DNA of 64,000 nt, taken from assembly GCF_003334405.1 (NCBI RefSeq), contig NZ_QOWM01000005.1; one strand, written 5' to 3'. Under the pieces are notes generated by a model, which saw only the letters and a program-made list of their open reading frames with translations, did no database searches and was not told the DNA's origin. Source of the stretch: Escherichia coli. Its GTDB lineage: Bacteria > Pseudomonadota > Gammaproteobacteria > Enterobacterales > Enterobacteriaceae. Positions 12,750-24,248 of this stretch are shown piece after piece (the stretch's first letter is position 1; each line of letters begins with the position of its first letter). Both the position numbers and the translations under genes were made by a program.

Positions 12750-13141
12750 CGATTTATTCCTGTATGTTTGCTCGTAATTTGAGCCTGGCAACACGAGGTT
12801 GCATTGCTGAATAGGGAGAGACTTCACCCTCTACAGAAGTCAATGGTCGCCATCACAAAAGCGATGGGTGATGAATAACGACCATTACAGCCTCTGAATC
12901 AGTTATTAATATCGGTAGAATGACAATCGACGGCTTTAGATACTGATATCTACGCATTGAACGGTATTTAACGCCGTCAGAAATGTCATTACTTTGTTAA
13001 ATATAGATCACAATTTTGAAACCGCTCGGGATATCAGCGAAAACATAAGCAAAAGTGAATGTTTTAAGAACATTCCGTAAGCGGCTAATAAGGAAGGGAA
13101 ATTGACAGGGCGCAGCGGCTACCGCGCCCTGGAGGCAAGAA

Positions 13142-14731
13142 TTAATGCTCGCGGGTCTGGTGGAACTGAACGTCCGGATAACGTTCCTGCGCCAGGCGCA
13201 GGTTGACCATGCTGGTAGCGATGTAAGCGAGGTTATCGCCGCCATCAAGCGCCAGTTGGCTTTCGTTCTTACGCTTGAACTCTTCGAATTTCTTCGCGTC
13301 TGCACATTCTACCCAGCGGGCGGTGGCAACGTTGACTGATTCATATACTGCTTCAACGTTGTATTCGCTCTTCAGGCGCGATACCACCACATCAAACTGC
13401 AGCACACCAACCGCACCAACGATCAGATCGTTGTTGGAGATTGGACGGAACACCTGCACCGCGCCCTCTTCGGAAAGCTGTACCAGCCCTTTGAGTAGCT
13501 GTTTTTGCTTCAGCGGATCTTTCAGGCGGATACGACGGAACAGTTCTGGTGCGAAGTTCGGAATACCGGTGAACTTCATCATCTCACCCTGGGTAAAGGT
13601 GTCGCCGATCTGAATGGTGCCGTGGTTGTGCAGGCCGAGGATATCGCCAGGATACGCTTCTTCAACGTGCGAACGGTCACCCGCCATAAAGGTCAGCGCG
13701 TCAGAGATCACCACGTCTTTCGCGGTGCGCACCTGGCGCAGCTTCATGCCTTTTTCATATTTACCGGATACCACGCGCATAAACGCCACGCGGTCGCGGT
13801 GTTTCGGGTCCATGTTGGCCTGAATTTTAAATACGAAGCCGGTAAATTTGTCTTCGCTCGCTTCTACGGTACGGGTATCAGTCTGACGCGGCATCGGCGC
13901 AGGTGCCCACTCCACCAGGCCATCCAGCATATGATCGACACCGAAGTTACCCAGCGCAGTACCGAAGAATACCGGGGTGATTTCGCCCGCAAGGAACAGC
14001 TCTTTGTCGAACTCGTTAGACGCGCCTTTAACCAGTTCCAGTTCGTCACGCAGCTGCTGTGCCAGATCTTCACCAACCGCAGCATCGAGATCCGGGTTAT
14101 TCAGCCCTTTAACAATGCGGACTTCCTGAATGGTGTGGCCTTTACCGCTCTGATAGAGATAGGTTTCATCTTTATAAAGGTGGTAAACGCCTTTAAACAG
14201 CTTGCCGCAGCCAATCGGCCAGGTGATCGGTGCGCAGCCGATTTTCAGCTCGTTCTCAACTTCATCGAGCAGTTCCATCGGGTCGCGGATATCACGGTCA
14301 AGTTTGTTCATAAAGGTGAGGATCGGCGTGTCGCGCAGACGGGTAACTTCCATCAGCTTACGGGTACGATCTTCAACACCTTTTGCGGCGTCGATAACCA
14401 TCAGGCAGCAGTCCACCGCCGTCAGGGTACGATAGGTATCTTCCGAGAAGTCTTCGTGCCCCGGGGTGTCGAGCAGGTTAACCAGGCAATCGTGATACGG
14501 AAACTGCATCACAGACGTAGTAATGGAGATCCCACGCTGCTTTTCCATCTCCATCCAGTCCGACTTAGCGTGCTGGTTGGAACCACGGCCTTTTACTGTA
14601 CCGGCGGTCTGAATGGCCTGTCCGAACAGCAGCACCTTCTCGGTGATGGTAGTCTTACCGGCGTCCGGGTGAGAAATAATGGCAAAAGTGCGGCGCTTCG
14701 CCACCTCTTGCAAATAAGGAGACAACGTCAT
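13142..14731 (-). CDS. prfC: peptide chain release factor 3
   Basis: 529-aa product [28 protein letters not shown] with GTPase P-loop. Confidence 0.97.
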
Positions 14732-14821
14732 AATTCTTTCTTCTTGAGTAAGCGGCATCGCGCCGCGCTTGTTGAAAACGAAAAATTGCGGCTATTTTAC
14801 CCATCAACGGGGGGGAGGCAA

Positions 14822-15499
14822 TCAGTGTTTACACAGGAGCTGCTCCAGTTCGTGCAACGAAGAAACGGTCCAGGTGGGCGCGATGCCTTCTGGTTGCTCG
14901 CGATGGTGCGCATTCAGCCAGCAGGTCGCAAGCCCGGCGTTGATGCCACCGAGAATATCGGACTCGGCAGTGTCGCCAACCATCAGCACGCGTGAACGGT
15001 CAGGATTGCCCGCCTGTTCCAGCGCATAATCGAAAATTTTCTTATTCGGTTTGGCAACGCCAACTTCTTCGGAAATCACCAGCAAATCGAAATAATCACG
15101 CAAACCCGTGCGTTCCAGACGCACTTGCTGCAAGGCGCTAAAGCCGTTGGTGATGATGCCGATTTTGGCGTTGCCACGAATGGCGTTAAGCAGAGAAACC
15201 GCGCCCGGCAGCGGCGTGCAGATTTCCGCCATCGCATTAATAAAGGCATCGTTAAGCAAGCCTGCTTCAACTTTCAGCCGTTCGGCCCAGCTCTCGAAAC
15301 GCCCGTGCTGAAGCTGTAATGAAGTGATCGCGCCGTTTTGATAATCCACCCACAGTGGCTTGTTAACGGCCTGATAGTCCTGAAAATCTTCAGCGGTAAA
15401 GGTGACGCTGTAATCAAGAAACATCCGCTGCAGGCCGGTGAATGAGTCAAAGGTAAACAGCGTTTCATCGGCATCAAAGAAAATCCAGTCCCACTTCAT
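14822..15499 (-). CDS. yjjG: HAD-family pyrimidine 5'-nucleotidase YjjG
   Basis: 225-aa [18 protein letters not shown] with HAD motif I. Confidence 0.93.
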   Translation of the reverse strand: MKWDWIFFDADETLFTFDSFTGLQRMFLDYSVTFTAEDFQDYQAVNKPLWVDYQNGAITSLQLQHGRFESWAERLKVEAGLLNDAFINAMAEICTPLPGAVSLLNAIRGNAKIGIITNGFSALQQVRLERTGLRDYFDLLVISEEVGVAKPNKKIFDYALEQAGNPDRSRVLMVGDTAESDILGGINAGLATCWLNAHHREQPEGIAPTWTVSSLHELEQLLCKH

Positions 15500-15513
15500 T
15501 ATTCCACCTTGTC

Positions 15514-15960
15514 TTACATACTGATTGGCAACGCCATGATGATGGCGTCTTCGCGACCGTCCGTGGTGGGGTAGTAATTGCGGCGAATCGTCGCCTCGTT
15601 AAAGCCTAAACTTTCGTACAGGGCAATGGCGGCAGCGTTTGAGGCACGGACTTCCAGCCAGAGCGTCGCCACGCCGCGTTTTTCCAGTTCGTCGATCAGA
15701 TGTTCCAGCAGCGCCCTTCCCAATCCCTGACGCTGATAGTCAGGATCGACCGCAATATTGAACAATGTAGCTTCATCCAGCACCACTTGCGTAATCGCAA
15801 ACGCCGCCATTTTGCCGTTTTGCGTTAACTGAAAGTTGAGATAACGCTCGCCCTGGTTGCTGGCAAAGGTTTTTTCACTCCACGGAAAGGCGTGGGCGCG
15901 TTGTTCAATGTGGTAAGCCGCTGGTAAATCAGTCGTTTCGAGGGAAGAAATCGTGTTCAT
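15514..15960 (-). CDS. rimI: ribosomal protein S18 alanine N-acetyltransferase
   Basis: 148-aa [34 protein letters not shown]. Confidence 0.95.
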   Translation of the reverse strand: MNTISSLETTDLPAAYHIEQRAHAFPWSEKTFASNQGERYLNFQLTQNGKMAAFAITQVVLDEATLFNIAVDPDYQRQGLGRALLEHLIDELEKRGVATLWLEVRASNAAAIALYESLGFNEATIRRNYYPTTDGREDAIIMALPISM

Positions 15961-16342
15961 ATGTGCAAATTTGTTGCCATAACGCGGTGCGTGCCGTTGG
16001 GTTTGCCCGTAATTCGGTGAGCGCCGGTGATGCCACCTGAGCGCCTTCCAATGATAGCGGTTCGTCAGTACCCAACCGCCAGCTGTTACAGCGACTGCCT
16101 TGCGGCAGCATCGCGATTTTTTCTGGCGTCAGTTGCAGCACTTGATCGGGACTGACGGTTAATGCGCGCAGAACATCGCTCACTAAAGGATCAGTCAGGG
16201 CGGGAAGATCGTTTGCCACCATCACCAGACGGACGTGTGCCGGGATCGCAATGGCAATCTCCCCCTGCAACGCGCCAGGGCGACGCAGCGACCACTGGGT
16301 AATGCCCAGTTGTTGTAACTGCCAGTCTCGTCGGGATGTCAT
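15929..16342 (-). CDS. holD: DNA polymerase III psi subunit
   Basis: 137-aa ORF MTSRRDWQLQQLGITQWSLRRP; overlaps rimI start by 32 bp. Confidence 0.95.
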   Translation of the reverse strand: MTSRRDWQLQQLGITQWSLRRPGALQGEIAIAIPAHVRLVMVANDLPALTDPLVSDVLRALTVSPDQVLQLTPEKIAMLPQGSRCNSWRLGTDEPLSLEGAQVASPALTELRANPTARTALWQQICTYEHDFFPRND

Positions 16343-16444
16343 AGCGAATCGCTCCTGTTGTCAGGGGCGCAAATATAGCAAATTCGTCGATACCGCGCCA
16401 ACATATGGCTATAATCGCCGCCAGTATCAATTGAGGAGCATTCC

Positions 16445-17476
16445 ATGTCTGCATTTACCCCGGCAAGTGAAGTCTTGCTGCGTCACAGTGATGATTTCGA
16501 ACAAAGCCGTATTCTGTTTGCCGGAGACTTACAGGATGACCTGCCCGCGCGTTTAGATACCGCGGCCAGCCGTGCTCATACCCAGCAATTCCACCACTGG
16601 CAGGTGTTAAGCCGCCAGATGGGGGATAACGCCCGTTTTAGTCTGGTCGCCACGGCGAATGATGTCGCAGATTGCGATACGCTGATTTACTACTGGCCGA
16701 AGAACAAACCGGAAGCCCAGTTCCAGTTGATGAATTTACTTTCTCTGCTGCCGGTGGGGACGGATATTTTTGTCGTTGGCGAGAACCGCAGCGGCGTGCG
16801 CAGCGCCGAGCAGATGCTGGCAGATTATGCGCCGTTGAATAAAGTCGACAGCGCTCGTCGCTGTGGCCTCTATTTTGGTCGTCTGGAAAAACAGCCAGTA
16901 TTTGATGCGGATAAATTCTGGGGCGAATACAGCGTCGATGGCCTGACGATCAAAACGCTGCCGGGCGTGTTTAGCCGCGACGGTCTGGATGTCGGTAGCC
17001 AGTTGCTGCTCTCGACGTTAACTCCGCACACGAAAGGTAAAGTGCTGGATGTCGGCTGTGGCGCGGGGGTGCTTTCAGTTGCCTTTGCGCGCCATTCACC
17101 GAAAATTCGTCTCACCTTGTGCGATGTCTCTGCCCCGGCGGTAGAAGCCAGCCGTGCGACGCTTGCGGCCAACGGTGTTGAAGGTGAAGTCTTTGCCAGC
17201 AACGTCTTTTCCGAGGTGAAAGGTCGTTTTGATATGATCATCTCCAACCCGCCGTTCCACGATGGGATGCAAACCAGCCTGGATGCGGCGCAAACGCTGA
17301 TTCGCGGCGCGGTGCGTCATCTTAATAGCGGCGGCGAGCTGCGAATTGTAGCGAACGCCTTCCTGCCTTATCCGGACGTGCTGGATGAGACATTTGGCTT
17401 CCATGAAGTGATTGCGCAAACCGGGCGTTTCAAGGTGTATCGCGCCATTATGACCCGCCAGGCGAAGAAAGGTTAA
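16445..17476 (+). CDS. rsmC: 16S rRNA m2G1207 methyltransferase
   Basis: 343-aa [31 protein letters not shown] with SAM-binding motif [12 protein letters not shown]. Confidence 0.95.
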   Translation: MSAFTPASEVLLRHSDDFEQSRILFAGDLQDDLPARLDTAASRAHTQQFHHWQVLSRQMGDNARFSLVATANDVADCDTLIYYWPKNKPEAQFQLMNLLSLLPVGTDIFVVGENRSGVRSAEQMLADYAPLNKVDSARRCGLYFGRLEKQPVFDADKFWGEYSVDGLTIKTLPGVFSRDGLDVGSQLLLSTLTPHTKGKVLDVGCGAGVLSVAFARHSPKIRLTLCDVSAPAVEASRATLAANGVEGEVFASNVFSEVKGRFDMIISNPPFHDGMQTSLDAAQTLIRGAVRHLNSGGELRIVANAFLPYPDVLDETFGFHEVIAQTGRFKVYRAIMTRQAKKG

Positions 17477-17485
17477 GTATCCCGC

Positions 17486-17660
<175 letters not shown>

Positions 17661-17707
17661 CTGATGGACATTTTTCCAGCAATTACACCTCCGGCGATAA
17701 TTAACTA

Positions 17708-17735
17708 TTGACGAAAAGCTGAAAACCACTAGAAT
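17708..17735 (+). promoter_or_regulatory. sigma70 promoter of the tRNA-Leu gene (TTGACG - 16 bp - TAGAAT, GC-rich discriminator)
   Basis: hexamers at 17708-17713 and 17730-17735; gcgcctccg discriminator typical of stable-RNA promoters; about 40 bp upstream of the tRNA. Confidence 0.6.
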
Positions 17736-17776
17736 GCGCCTCCGTGGTAGCAATTCTTTTTAAGAATTGATGGTAT

Positions 17777-17863
17777 GCGAAGGTGGCGGAATTGGTAGAC
17801 GCGCTAGCTTCAGGTGTTAGTGTCCTTACGGACGTGGGGGTTCAAGTCCCCCCCCTCGCACCA
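17777..17863 (+). tRNA. tRNA-Leu (anticodon CAG), single copy
   Basis: 87-nt sequence gcgaaggtggcggaattggtagacgcg...ctcgcacca with encoded CCA end, long variable arm and anticodon loop cttCAGgt. Confidence 0.95.
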
Positions 17864-17901
17864 ATTATCTTTACTTCCTTTCTTGTTTCTTCCCTGTTTT
17901 G

Positions 17902-18138
17902 TCATCCCTGATTCAAATTCACTATCATCAGCATGATGCCAGCAATAAGCGCCAGGCACGATGGTAGCAAAATGTAATGCCGCAACTGTTTGTGATACAG
18001 CATCACAGGCGTCAATACTAATCCCATCAGAATGACAATCCGCCACTGATCCGGCGATAAATCCGCATACATCAGCCCTGCAATCAGCAATCCCGGCAGC
18101 AACACTCCCCAGCCACTGCCCAGCATACGTTGCAACAT
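17902..18138 (-). CDS. yjjZ: small Fur-regulon membrane protein YjjZ (78 aa)
   Basis: MLQRMLGSGWGVLLPGLLIAGLMYADLSPDQW from ATG at 18138; divergent from fhuF. Confidence 0.8.
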   Translation of the reverse strand: MLQRMLGSGWGVLLPGLLIAGLMYADLSPDQWRIVILMGLVLTPVMLYHKQLRHYILLPSCLALIAGIMLMIVNLNQG

Positions 18139-18154
18139 GGTTTCATCTCTTTCA

Positions 18155-18262
18155 TTGATAATGATAACCAATATCATATGATAATTTTTATCATTTGCAA
18201 GCCAGAGAAATCCCTTGCTATCGGGTAAACCTATCGCTAGGATTAGCAATCATTATCATTTA
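18155..18262. promoter_or_regulatory. cluster of Fur-box-like sites in the yjjZ-fhuF divergent promoter region
   Basis: gataatgataacc (18157-18169), atgataatttttatcatt (18178-18195), aatcattatcatt (18248-18260) resemble the GATAATGATAATCATTATC Fur consensus. Confidence 0.65.
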
Positions 18263-18278
18263 GATTACTATCCCGATT

Positions 18279-19067
18279 ATGGCCTATCGTTCCGCACCGC
18301 TCTATGAAGATATCATCTGGCGAACGCATCTCCAGCCACAGGATGCTGGGCTTGCACAAGCCGTACGTGCGACGATCGCCGAACATCGTGAACATTTGCT
18401 GGAGTTTATCCGTCTGGATGAACCCGCCCCGCTTCGCGCCATGACGCTGGCGCAATGGTCATCACCGAATACGCTAAGTTCCCTACTGGCGGTCTATTCC
18501 GATCATATCTACCGCAACCAACCAACGATGATCCGCGAGAACAAGCCGCTGATCTCACTGTGGGCACAATGGTATATCGGCCTGATGGTGCCACCATTAA
18601 TGCTGGCGCTGCTGACGCAGGAAAAAGCATTAGATGTGACGCCGGAACATTTCCACGTTGAGTTTCACGAAACCGGACGCGCCGCCTGTTTCTGGGTCGA
18701 TGTGTGTGAAGATAAAAACGCAACACTACATTCGCCGCAGCAGCGAATGGAAACGTTAATCAGCCAGGCGCTTGTTCCGGTTGTGCAGGCACTAGAAGCA
18801 ACGGGAGAGATTAACGGTAAACTTATCTGGAGCAATACCGGTTATTTGATCAACTGGTATCTGACTGAGATGAAACAGCTGCTCGGCGAGGCGACGGTTG
18901 AATCGCTGCGCCATGCCCTCTTTTTTGAGAAAACGCTCACGAACGGTGAAGATAATCCACTCTGGCGTACCGTGGTGCTGCGCGACGGCCTGCTGGTGCG
19001 CCGCACTTGCTGCCAGCGTTATCGCTTACCGGATGTGCAGCAATGTGGCGATTGTACGCTGAAATGA
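18279..19067 (+). CDS. fhuF: ferric-siderophore reductase FhuF (C-terminal 2Fe-2S Cys motif)
   Basis: 262-aa ORF MAYRSAPLYEDIIWRTHLQ ending CCQRYRLPDVQQCGDC. Confidence 0.95.
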   Translation: MAYRSAPLYEDIIWRTHLQPQDAGLAQAVRATIAEHREHLLEFIRLDEPAPLRAMTLAQWSSPNTLSSLLAVYSDHIYRNQPTMIRENKPLISLWAQWYIGLMVPPLMLALLTQEKALDVTPEHFHVEFHETGRAACFWVDVCEDKNATLHSPQQRMETLISQALVPVVQALEATGEINGKLIWSNTGYLINWYLTEMKQLLGEATVESLRHALFFEKTLTNGEDNPLWRTVVLRDGLLVRRTCCQRYRLPDVQQCGDCTLK

Positions 19068-19073
19068 AAGCAC

Positions 19074-19095
19074 TGCCGGGGAAGTAAACCCGGCA
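19074..19095. terminator. hairpin between convergent fhuF and bglJ (probable bidirectional terminator)
   Basis: tgccggg-gaagtaaa-cccggca. Confidence 0.5.
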
Positions 19096-19104
19096 TCATG
19101 CAAA

Positions 19105-19782
19105 TTAATAGGGATGCAACACATTACTTGCTTCGCAATGCCGCATACATAACAGAATATCTGCGGCCTCCAACAACCCTGCATCAGAACTGACGCCCAG
19201 TTTCGACATCACATTAAATTTATGTGCACGGATCGTTTTAATATTGCGTTTAAGCTGCTCGGCAATTTGTGTCATTGAGTAGCCACGCGACATAAAGCGC
19301 AATATTTCTCTCTCCGTCGGGCTTAGCGTCCGGCTTTGGTTAATGTACCACTGATTGTTCAGTCGGTCGGTCGCCTGACGTACACCATTTAATGACAAAA
19401 AGAGTTCCTGATGAAAAATCTCCAGCGTTGACGCTTTACTTAATACACCGTCCAGCGGTGATGGCGACAATGAACCGATCAGCCGAGCTTCAATATCATC
19501 ATCCGCAATAACTAAACGTCGGGTACGCGGAAACTTAATCGCCAGTTCAGTCAGGCAAGATAATCCCTCTCTGCGTTCACTTCTCATGGCAGAAAAAGAA
19601 AAAATGACCGCCGCAAACGAGATCCGCGACATGGCATCCTGAAATGACTCCTGACTGGTATAGGTATGGAGCTTATAAGGGTTACCTGCAAACTTTCTGA
19701 ATAAACTCTCAATACCGATACTGCTCATGACGCATTTTTCTATGAGTGCGACATTTCTCTTCTTAATTCGGCTGTGTTCCAT
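19105..19782 (-). CDS. bglJ: LuxR-family transcriptional regulator BglJ
   Basis: 225-aa ORF with C-terminal LuxR HTH; overlaps yjjQ 3' end by 43 bp. Confidence 0.9.
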   Translation of the reverse strand: MEHSRIKKRNVALIEKCVMSSIGIESLFRKFAGNPYKLHTYTSQESFQDAMSRISFAAVIFSFSAMRSERREGLSCLTELAIKFPRTRRLVIADDDIEARLIGSLSPSPLDGVLSKASTLEIFHQELFLSLNGVRQATDRLNNQWYINQSRTLSPTEREILRFMSRGYSMTQIAEQLKRNIKTIRAHKFNVMSKLGVSSDAGLLEAADILLCMRHCEASNVLHPY

Positions 19783-20465
19783 TCTGCGGCATCTCCATAA
19801 ACAGAAGGCAAGTTAAGTTCTCTTGCACCCTGCGCGCTATTTATCCATGCATACATTTCAGCGTTGCTGTGAATTGCCAGTCGACGCATCGCACTGTTTT
19901 TTTGGGCGCTGATAGTTTTATTACTTTTCTTAAGCAATGAAGCTATCTGGTTGATGCCCCATCCTTTACCTAATAGCCGCAGTACCTTGCGCTCTGAAAG
20001 AGTGAGAATGACGGAGCGATAGCTAAAATCATGAGTTTCAGTCATTGCCGGAGAGGTCAGCATGGCGCTGATACGCTCTGCGTGCGTATTGCCGGAACGT
20101 ACGGTCTTGACCAGATTCTCAATGGGTTCACCATCAGACAATAACGTCGCCGTAGGGCACATGAGCAGTTCTACTGCCTGGGAATACCAGGAGCGTGACA
20201 CCATGAAAACCCAGTGAATTTCCCGATATTGTGAGATTAAAGAATAATAATGTTCACAAACAGAACGTGGATCTTCACTTTCACCGGCTAAATCAGCAAT
20301 GACTAATCCGGAACGACGTAATTGTAATAAGGTAAGGTCCTCCGCAGAGGCGCTGGATATTATTTCATATTCAGGGAAGTGAGTCCTCATGACCTCTTTT
20401 AACCCTGCTTGCATAACAGGTATTTTACTGATAACAATTCCATTTTTGCAGCATCCTGGCAACAT
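19740..20465 (-). CDS. yjjQ: LuxR-family transcriptional regulator YjjQ
   Basis: 241-aa [28 protein letters not shown]; AT-rich upstream region. Confidence 0.9.
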   Translation of the reverse strand: MLPGCCKNGIVISKIPVMQAGLKEVMRTHFPEYEIISSASAEDLTLLQLRRSGLVIADLAGESEDPRSVCEHYYSLISQYREIHWVFMVSRSWYSQAVELLMCPTATLLSDGEPIENLVKTVRSGNTHAERISAMLTSPAMTETHDFSYRSVILTLSERKVLRLLGKGWGINQIASLLKKSNKTISAQKNSAMRRLAIHSNAEMYAWINSAQGARELNLPSVYGDAAEWNTAELRREMSHS

Positions 20466-21083
20466 ATTTCCTCCACATCCACTGTCTAAAAATCATGATG
20501 GTTTATTCAGGATATTCATTCCTTAAATGTTTCCAGCAAATTAATAGATTAAGCGAATAAATTATCCTTAGCATTCACTTTCATATCAGCATACTCCTGC
20601 TGCACAACAACTCCACAGCATGTGTCAGAAGGTTAGCATCAAATGATAACCTGGTGAAATAGCCTGGAGACATTTAAAATATCTACATTAAGTTGTTAGA
20701 AATACTTAATGAAAAACAGAGTTCTCATTCATTTAATTTATAATTAACTGATATCCCTTCCCGCAGAATGCAAAATCACACAATCAATATTTGTTCAATA
20801 AAATCTGATAGTTTTAACTTGTAAAAATTAAAAAACGCGCCCAGTTATCTTTTATCCTGATTCGTAAAGGCTAAAGAATAAATTCATTATAGTGATAATA
20901 TTCATGTGATAATTTGTTTGCGGCGAGAGATAATTCCCTTTTTATCACCGAGCTTGTCCCGATAACCAGGATTAATCAGCGCAATTTTGATCTTAACCTA
21001 CCGCAAAACTACCGTGCTTCATGATACAAATGGATTCTCATTATCTGAACAATACGCAGCACGTCTATGACAAAGGGCGAGTT

Positions 21084-21854
21084 ATGCAAACTGAGCAACA
21101 GCGAGCCGTAACACGGCTTTGTATCCAGTGTGGATTATTTCTTTTGCAACATGGTGCGGAAAGCGCGTTGGTTGATGAGCTTTCCTCACGACTGGGTCGG
21201 GCGTTGGGGATGGACAGCGTCGAAAGTTCTATCTCTTCGAACGCCATAGTGCTGACAACCATTAAAGATGGGCAATGCCTGACATCGACACGTAAAAATC
21301 AAGATCGCGGCATTAATATGCATGTGGTGACTGAAGTCCAGCACATTGTGATTCTGGCGGAGCACCATCTGCTGGATTACAAAGGCGTAGAGAAACGATT
21401 TAGCCAAATTCAGCCATTACGTTACCCAAGATGGCTGGTAGCCTTAATGGTTGGCCTTTCCTGCGCCTGTTTCTGTAAACTCAATAAAGGTGGCTGGGAT
21501 GGTGCCGTCATCACCTTCTTTGCCAGTACGGCCGCGATGTATATCCGCCAGCTGCTGGCACAACGTCATCTTCATCCACAGATCAACTTTTGCCTTACCG
21601 CTTTCGCCGCCACCACCATTTCCGGATTGCTTTTGCAACTCCCTACTTTCAGCAATACCCCCACCATCGCGATGGCCGCCAGCGTTCTGCTGCTGGTGCC
21701 GGGCTTTCCGTTGATTAATGCCGTCGCCGATATGTTTAAAGGCCACATCAATACCGGACTGGCACGCTGGGCGATCGCCAGTCTGCTGACACTGGCTACC
21801 TGCGTCGGCGTGGTGATGGCACTGACGATTTGGGGGCTACGCGGATGGGTGTGA
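21084..21854 (+). CDS. yjjP: inner membrane protein YjjP (ThrE-like putative exporter component)
   Basis: 256-aa product from ATG 21084 ([17 protein letters not shown]); track ORF starts 21021. Confidence 0.85.
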   Translation: MQTEQQRAVTRLCIQCGLFLLQHGAESALVDELSSRLGRALGMDSVESSISSNAIVLTTIKDGQCLTSTRKNQDRGINMHVVTEVQHIVILAEHHLLDYKGVEKRFSQIQPLRYPRWLVALMVGLSCACFCKLNKGGWDGAVITFFASTAAMYIRQLLAQRHLHPQINFCLTAFAATTISGLLLQLPTFSNTPTIAMAASVLLLVPGFPLINAVADMFKGHINTGLARWAIASLLTLATCVGVVMALTIWGLRGWV

Positions 21855-22318
21855 TCGAGTTTCTGTTTACATTGGCGCAGGATATGATCCTCGCCGCCAT
21901 TCCAGCGGTCGGCTTTGCGATGGTGTTCAACGTTCCCGTTCGGGCGTTACGCTGGTGTGCGCTGCTTGGCGCGATTGGTCATGGTTCACGAATGATCTTA
22001 ATGACCAGCGGGCTGAATATTGAGTGGTCAACTTTTATGGCTTCTATGCTGGTCGGCACCATTGGTATTCAATGGTCGCGCTGGTATCTGGCGCATCCGA
22101 AAGTGTTTACCGTGGCGGCCGTTATCCCTATGTTCCCTGGCATATCGGCTTATACCGCAATGATTTCGGCGGTAAAAATCAGCCAGTTAGGTTACAGCGA
22201 GTCATTGATGATTACCCTGTTAACCAACTTTCTTACAGCTTCATCGATTGTTGGTGCGTTATCCATCGGTCTTTCCATTCCTGGATTATGGTTGTACCGC
22301 AAGCGCCCTCGCGTATAA
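21845..22318 (+). CDS. yjjB: inner membrane protein YjjB
   Basis: 157-aa hydrophobic product [26 protein letters not shown]; overlaps yjjP 3' end. Confidence 0.85.
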   Translation: MGVIEFLFTLAQDMILAAIPAVGFAMVFNVPVRALRWCALLGAIGHGSRMILMTSGLNIEWSTFMASMLVGTIGIQWSRWYLAHPKVFTVAAVIPMFPGISAYTAMISAVKISQLGYSESLMITLLTNFLTASSIVGALSIGLSIPGLWLYRKRPRV

Positions 22319-22425
22319 AATTGCCTCGCTTAAAGCACACGGATGAGAGACAGCCTCCTCTCCTCCATGTGTTACTATAAAAGTTATCTCCCTTCTCGTT
22401 CATCGTTCCATATTTGAGAAACAGT

Positions 22426-22965
22426 ATGTCTTCCAGAGTTTTGACCCCGGACGTCGTTGGTATTGACGCCCTGGTACACGATCACCAAACCGTTCTGGCA
22501 AAAGCTGAAGGCGGTGTGGTTGCCGTATTTGCTAACAATGCCCCGGCGTTTTATGCCGTCACGCCTGCACGCCTGGCTGAACTGCTGGCGCTGGAAGAAA
22601 AGCTGGCGCGTCCGGGAAGCGATGTCGCTCTGGACGATCAACTCTATCAGGAACCGCAAGCCGCTCCCGTTGCTGTACCCATGGGGAAATTCGCCATGTA
22701 TCCGGACTGGCAACCCGATGCCGACTTTATCCGCCTGGCGGCGCTATGGGGCGTGGCGCTAAGAGAGCCGGTGACCACCGAAGAACTGGCCTCATTCATT
22801 GCCTACTGGCAGGCGGAAGGTAAAGTCTTTCACCATGTACAGTGGCAACAAAAACTGGCGCGCAGCCTGCAAATCGGCCGTGCCAGCAACGGCGGACTGC
22901 CGAAACGAGATGTGAATACGGTCAGCGAACCTGACAGCCAAATTCCACCAGGATTCAGAGGGTAA
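22426..22965 (+). CDS. dnaT: primosomal protein DnaT
   Basis: 179-aa product [30 protein letters not shown]. Confidence 0.95.
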
Positions 22966-22967
22966 CG

Positions 22968-23705
22968 ATGAAAAACATTGGCGACCTGATGCAACGCCTG
23001 CAAAAAATGATGCCTGCCCATATCAAACCTGCGTTTAAAACGGGTGAAGAACTACTGGCCTGGCAGAAAGAACAAGGGGCGATCCGCTCCGCCGCTCTCG
23101 AACGTGAAAATCGGGCGATGAAAATGCAGCGCACCTTTAACCGCTCCGGTATTCGTCCACTGCATCAGAACTGCTCCTTTGAGAACTATCGCGTTGAGTG
23201 TGAAGGGCAGATGAATGCGTTAAGCAAAGCGCGCCAGTATGTCGAAGAGTTTGACGGCAACATCGCCAGCTTCATCTTTTCTGGTAAGCCAGGAACCGGC
23301 AAAAACCATCTGGCGGCGGCAATCTGCAACGAGCTGCTGCTACGCGGTAAATCCGTATTGATCATCACCGTGGCCGATATTATGTCGGCGATGAAAGATA
23401 CCTTCAGGAATAGCGGTACCAGCGAAGAACAACTGCTTAACGATCTGAGCAACGTTGATCTGCTGGTGATCGATGAGATCGGCGTGCAGACCGAATCGAA
23501 ATACGAAAAAGTGATCATCAACCAGATCGTCGATCGCCGCTCTTCTTCCAAACGCCCAACCGGGATGCTGACCAACAGTAATATGGAAGAGATGACCAAG
23601 TTGCTGGGCGAACGCGTGATGGACCGTATGCGCCTGGGTAACAGTTTGTGGGTGATCTTCAACTGGGATAGCTACCGTAGCCGTGTAACAGGTAAAGAGT
23701 ATTAA
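22968..23705 (+). CDS. dnaC: DNA replication protein DnaC (helicase loader)
   Basis: 245-aa ORF with Walker A GKPGTGKNHLAAAI; 2-nt gap after dnaT. Confidence 0.97.
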   Translation: MKNIGDLMQRLQKMMPAHIKPAFKTGEELLAWQKEQGAIRSAALERENRAMKMQRTFNRSGIRPLHQNCSFENYRVECEGQMNALSKARQYVEEFDGNIASFIFSGKPGTGKNHLAAAICNELLLRGKSVLIITVADIMSAMKDTFRNSGTSEEQLLNDLSNVDLLVIDEIGVQTESKYEKVIINQIVDRRSSSKRPTGMLTNSNMEEMTKLLGERVMDRMRLGNSLWVIFNWDSYRSRVTGKEY

Positions 23706-23750
23706 TCCCCGTTTCTGGCGGTATACTGCGACACAATTCCACCTTGAGTA

Positions 23751-24248
23751 ATGATGATGAAAACTGTTAAACATCTTCTGTGCTGTGCCATTGCCGCCAG
23801 CGCATTAATTTCCACCGGGGTGCATGCTGCGTCCTGGAAAGATGCGCTCTCCAGCGCCGCCAGCGAACTTGGCAACCAAAACAGCACGACACAGGAAGGC
23901 GGTTGGTCGCTCGCGTCATTAACTAACTTGCTTAGCAGCGGGAACCAGGCCTTAAGCGCAGATAACATGAACAACGCCGCAGGCATTCTGCAATACTGCG
24001 CGAAGCAAAAGCTGGCTTCGGTAACCGATGCCGAAAACATCAAGAATCAGGTGCTGGAAAAGCTGGGCCTGAACAGTGAAGAGCAAAAAGAAGACACCAA
24101 CTATCTGGACGGTATTCAGGGTTTGCTGAAAACCAAAGATGGTCAGCAACTCAATCTGGATAACATCGGAACGACTCCGCTGGCAGAAAAGGTGAAAACC
24201 AAAGCCTGCGATCTGGTGTTAAAGCAGGGGCTGAACTTCATTTCCTGA
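23751..24248 (+). CDS. yjjA: periplasmic protein YjjA (signal peptide)
   Basis: 165-aa ORF MMKTVKHLLCCAIAASALISTGVHA. Confidence 0.85.
   Translation: MMMKTVKHLLCCAIAASALISTGVHAASWKDALSSAASELGNQNSTTQEGGWSLASLTNLLSSGNQALSADNMNNAAGILQYCAKQKLASVTDAENIKNQVLEKLGLNSEEQKEDTNYLDGIQGLLKTKDGQQLNLDNIGTTPLAEKVKTKACDLVLKQGLNFIS

Noticed and set aside
13505-14995. 496-aa plus-strand ORF antisense to prfC; similar long antisense ORFs at 33427-34977 (opposite btsT), 53815-54831 (opposite uxuA), 4442-5341 (opposite deoA), 3353-4165 (opposite deoB) and 39314-40042 (opposite yjiN)
   Set aside because: Each lies entirely within a well-supported conserved gene on the other strand, has no RBS, and has low-complexity R/H/Q-rich composition typical of shadow frames in GC-rich coding DNA.
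15929-15960. Gene overlaps holD/rimI (32 bp), yjjI/yjjW (29 bp), bglJ/yjjQ (43 bp), iraD/hypT (8 bp)
   Set aside because: Considered as possible frameshift or fusion signals, but both partners are full length with normal termini; these look like ordinary overlapping operon junctions.
21021-21083. Upstream in-frame extensions of yjjP; the same pattern for uxuA (54877-54912), fimI (62715-62846), osmY (12750-12827) and yjjZ (18139-18249)
   Set aside because: These are track artefacts of taking the most upstream start; internal ATGs with better context give the expected protein N-termini.
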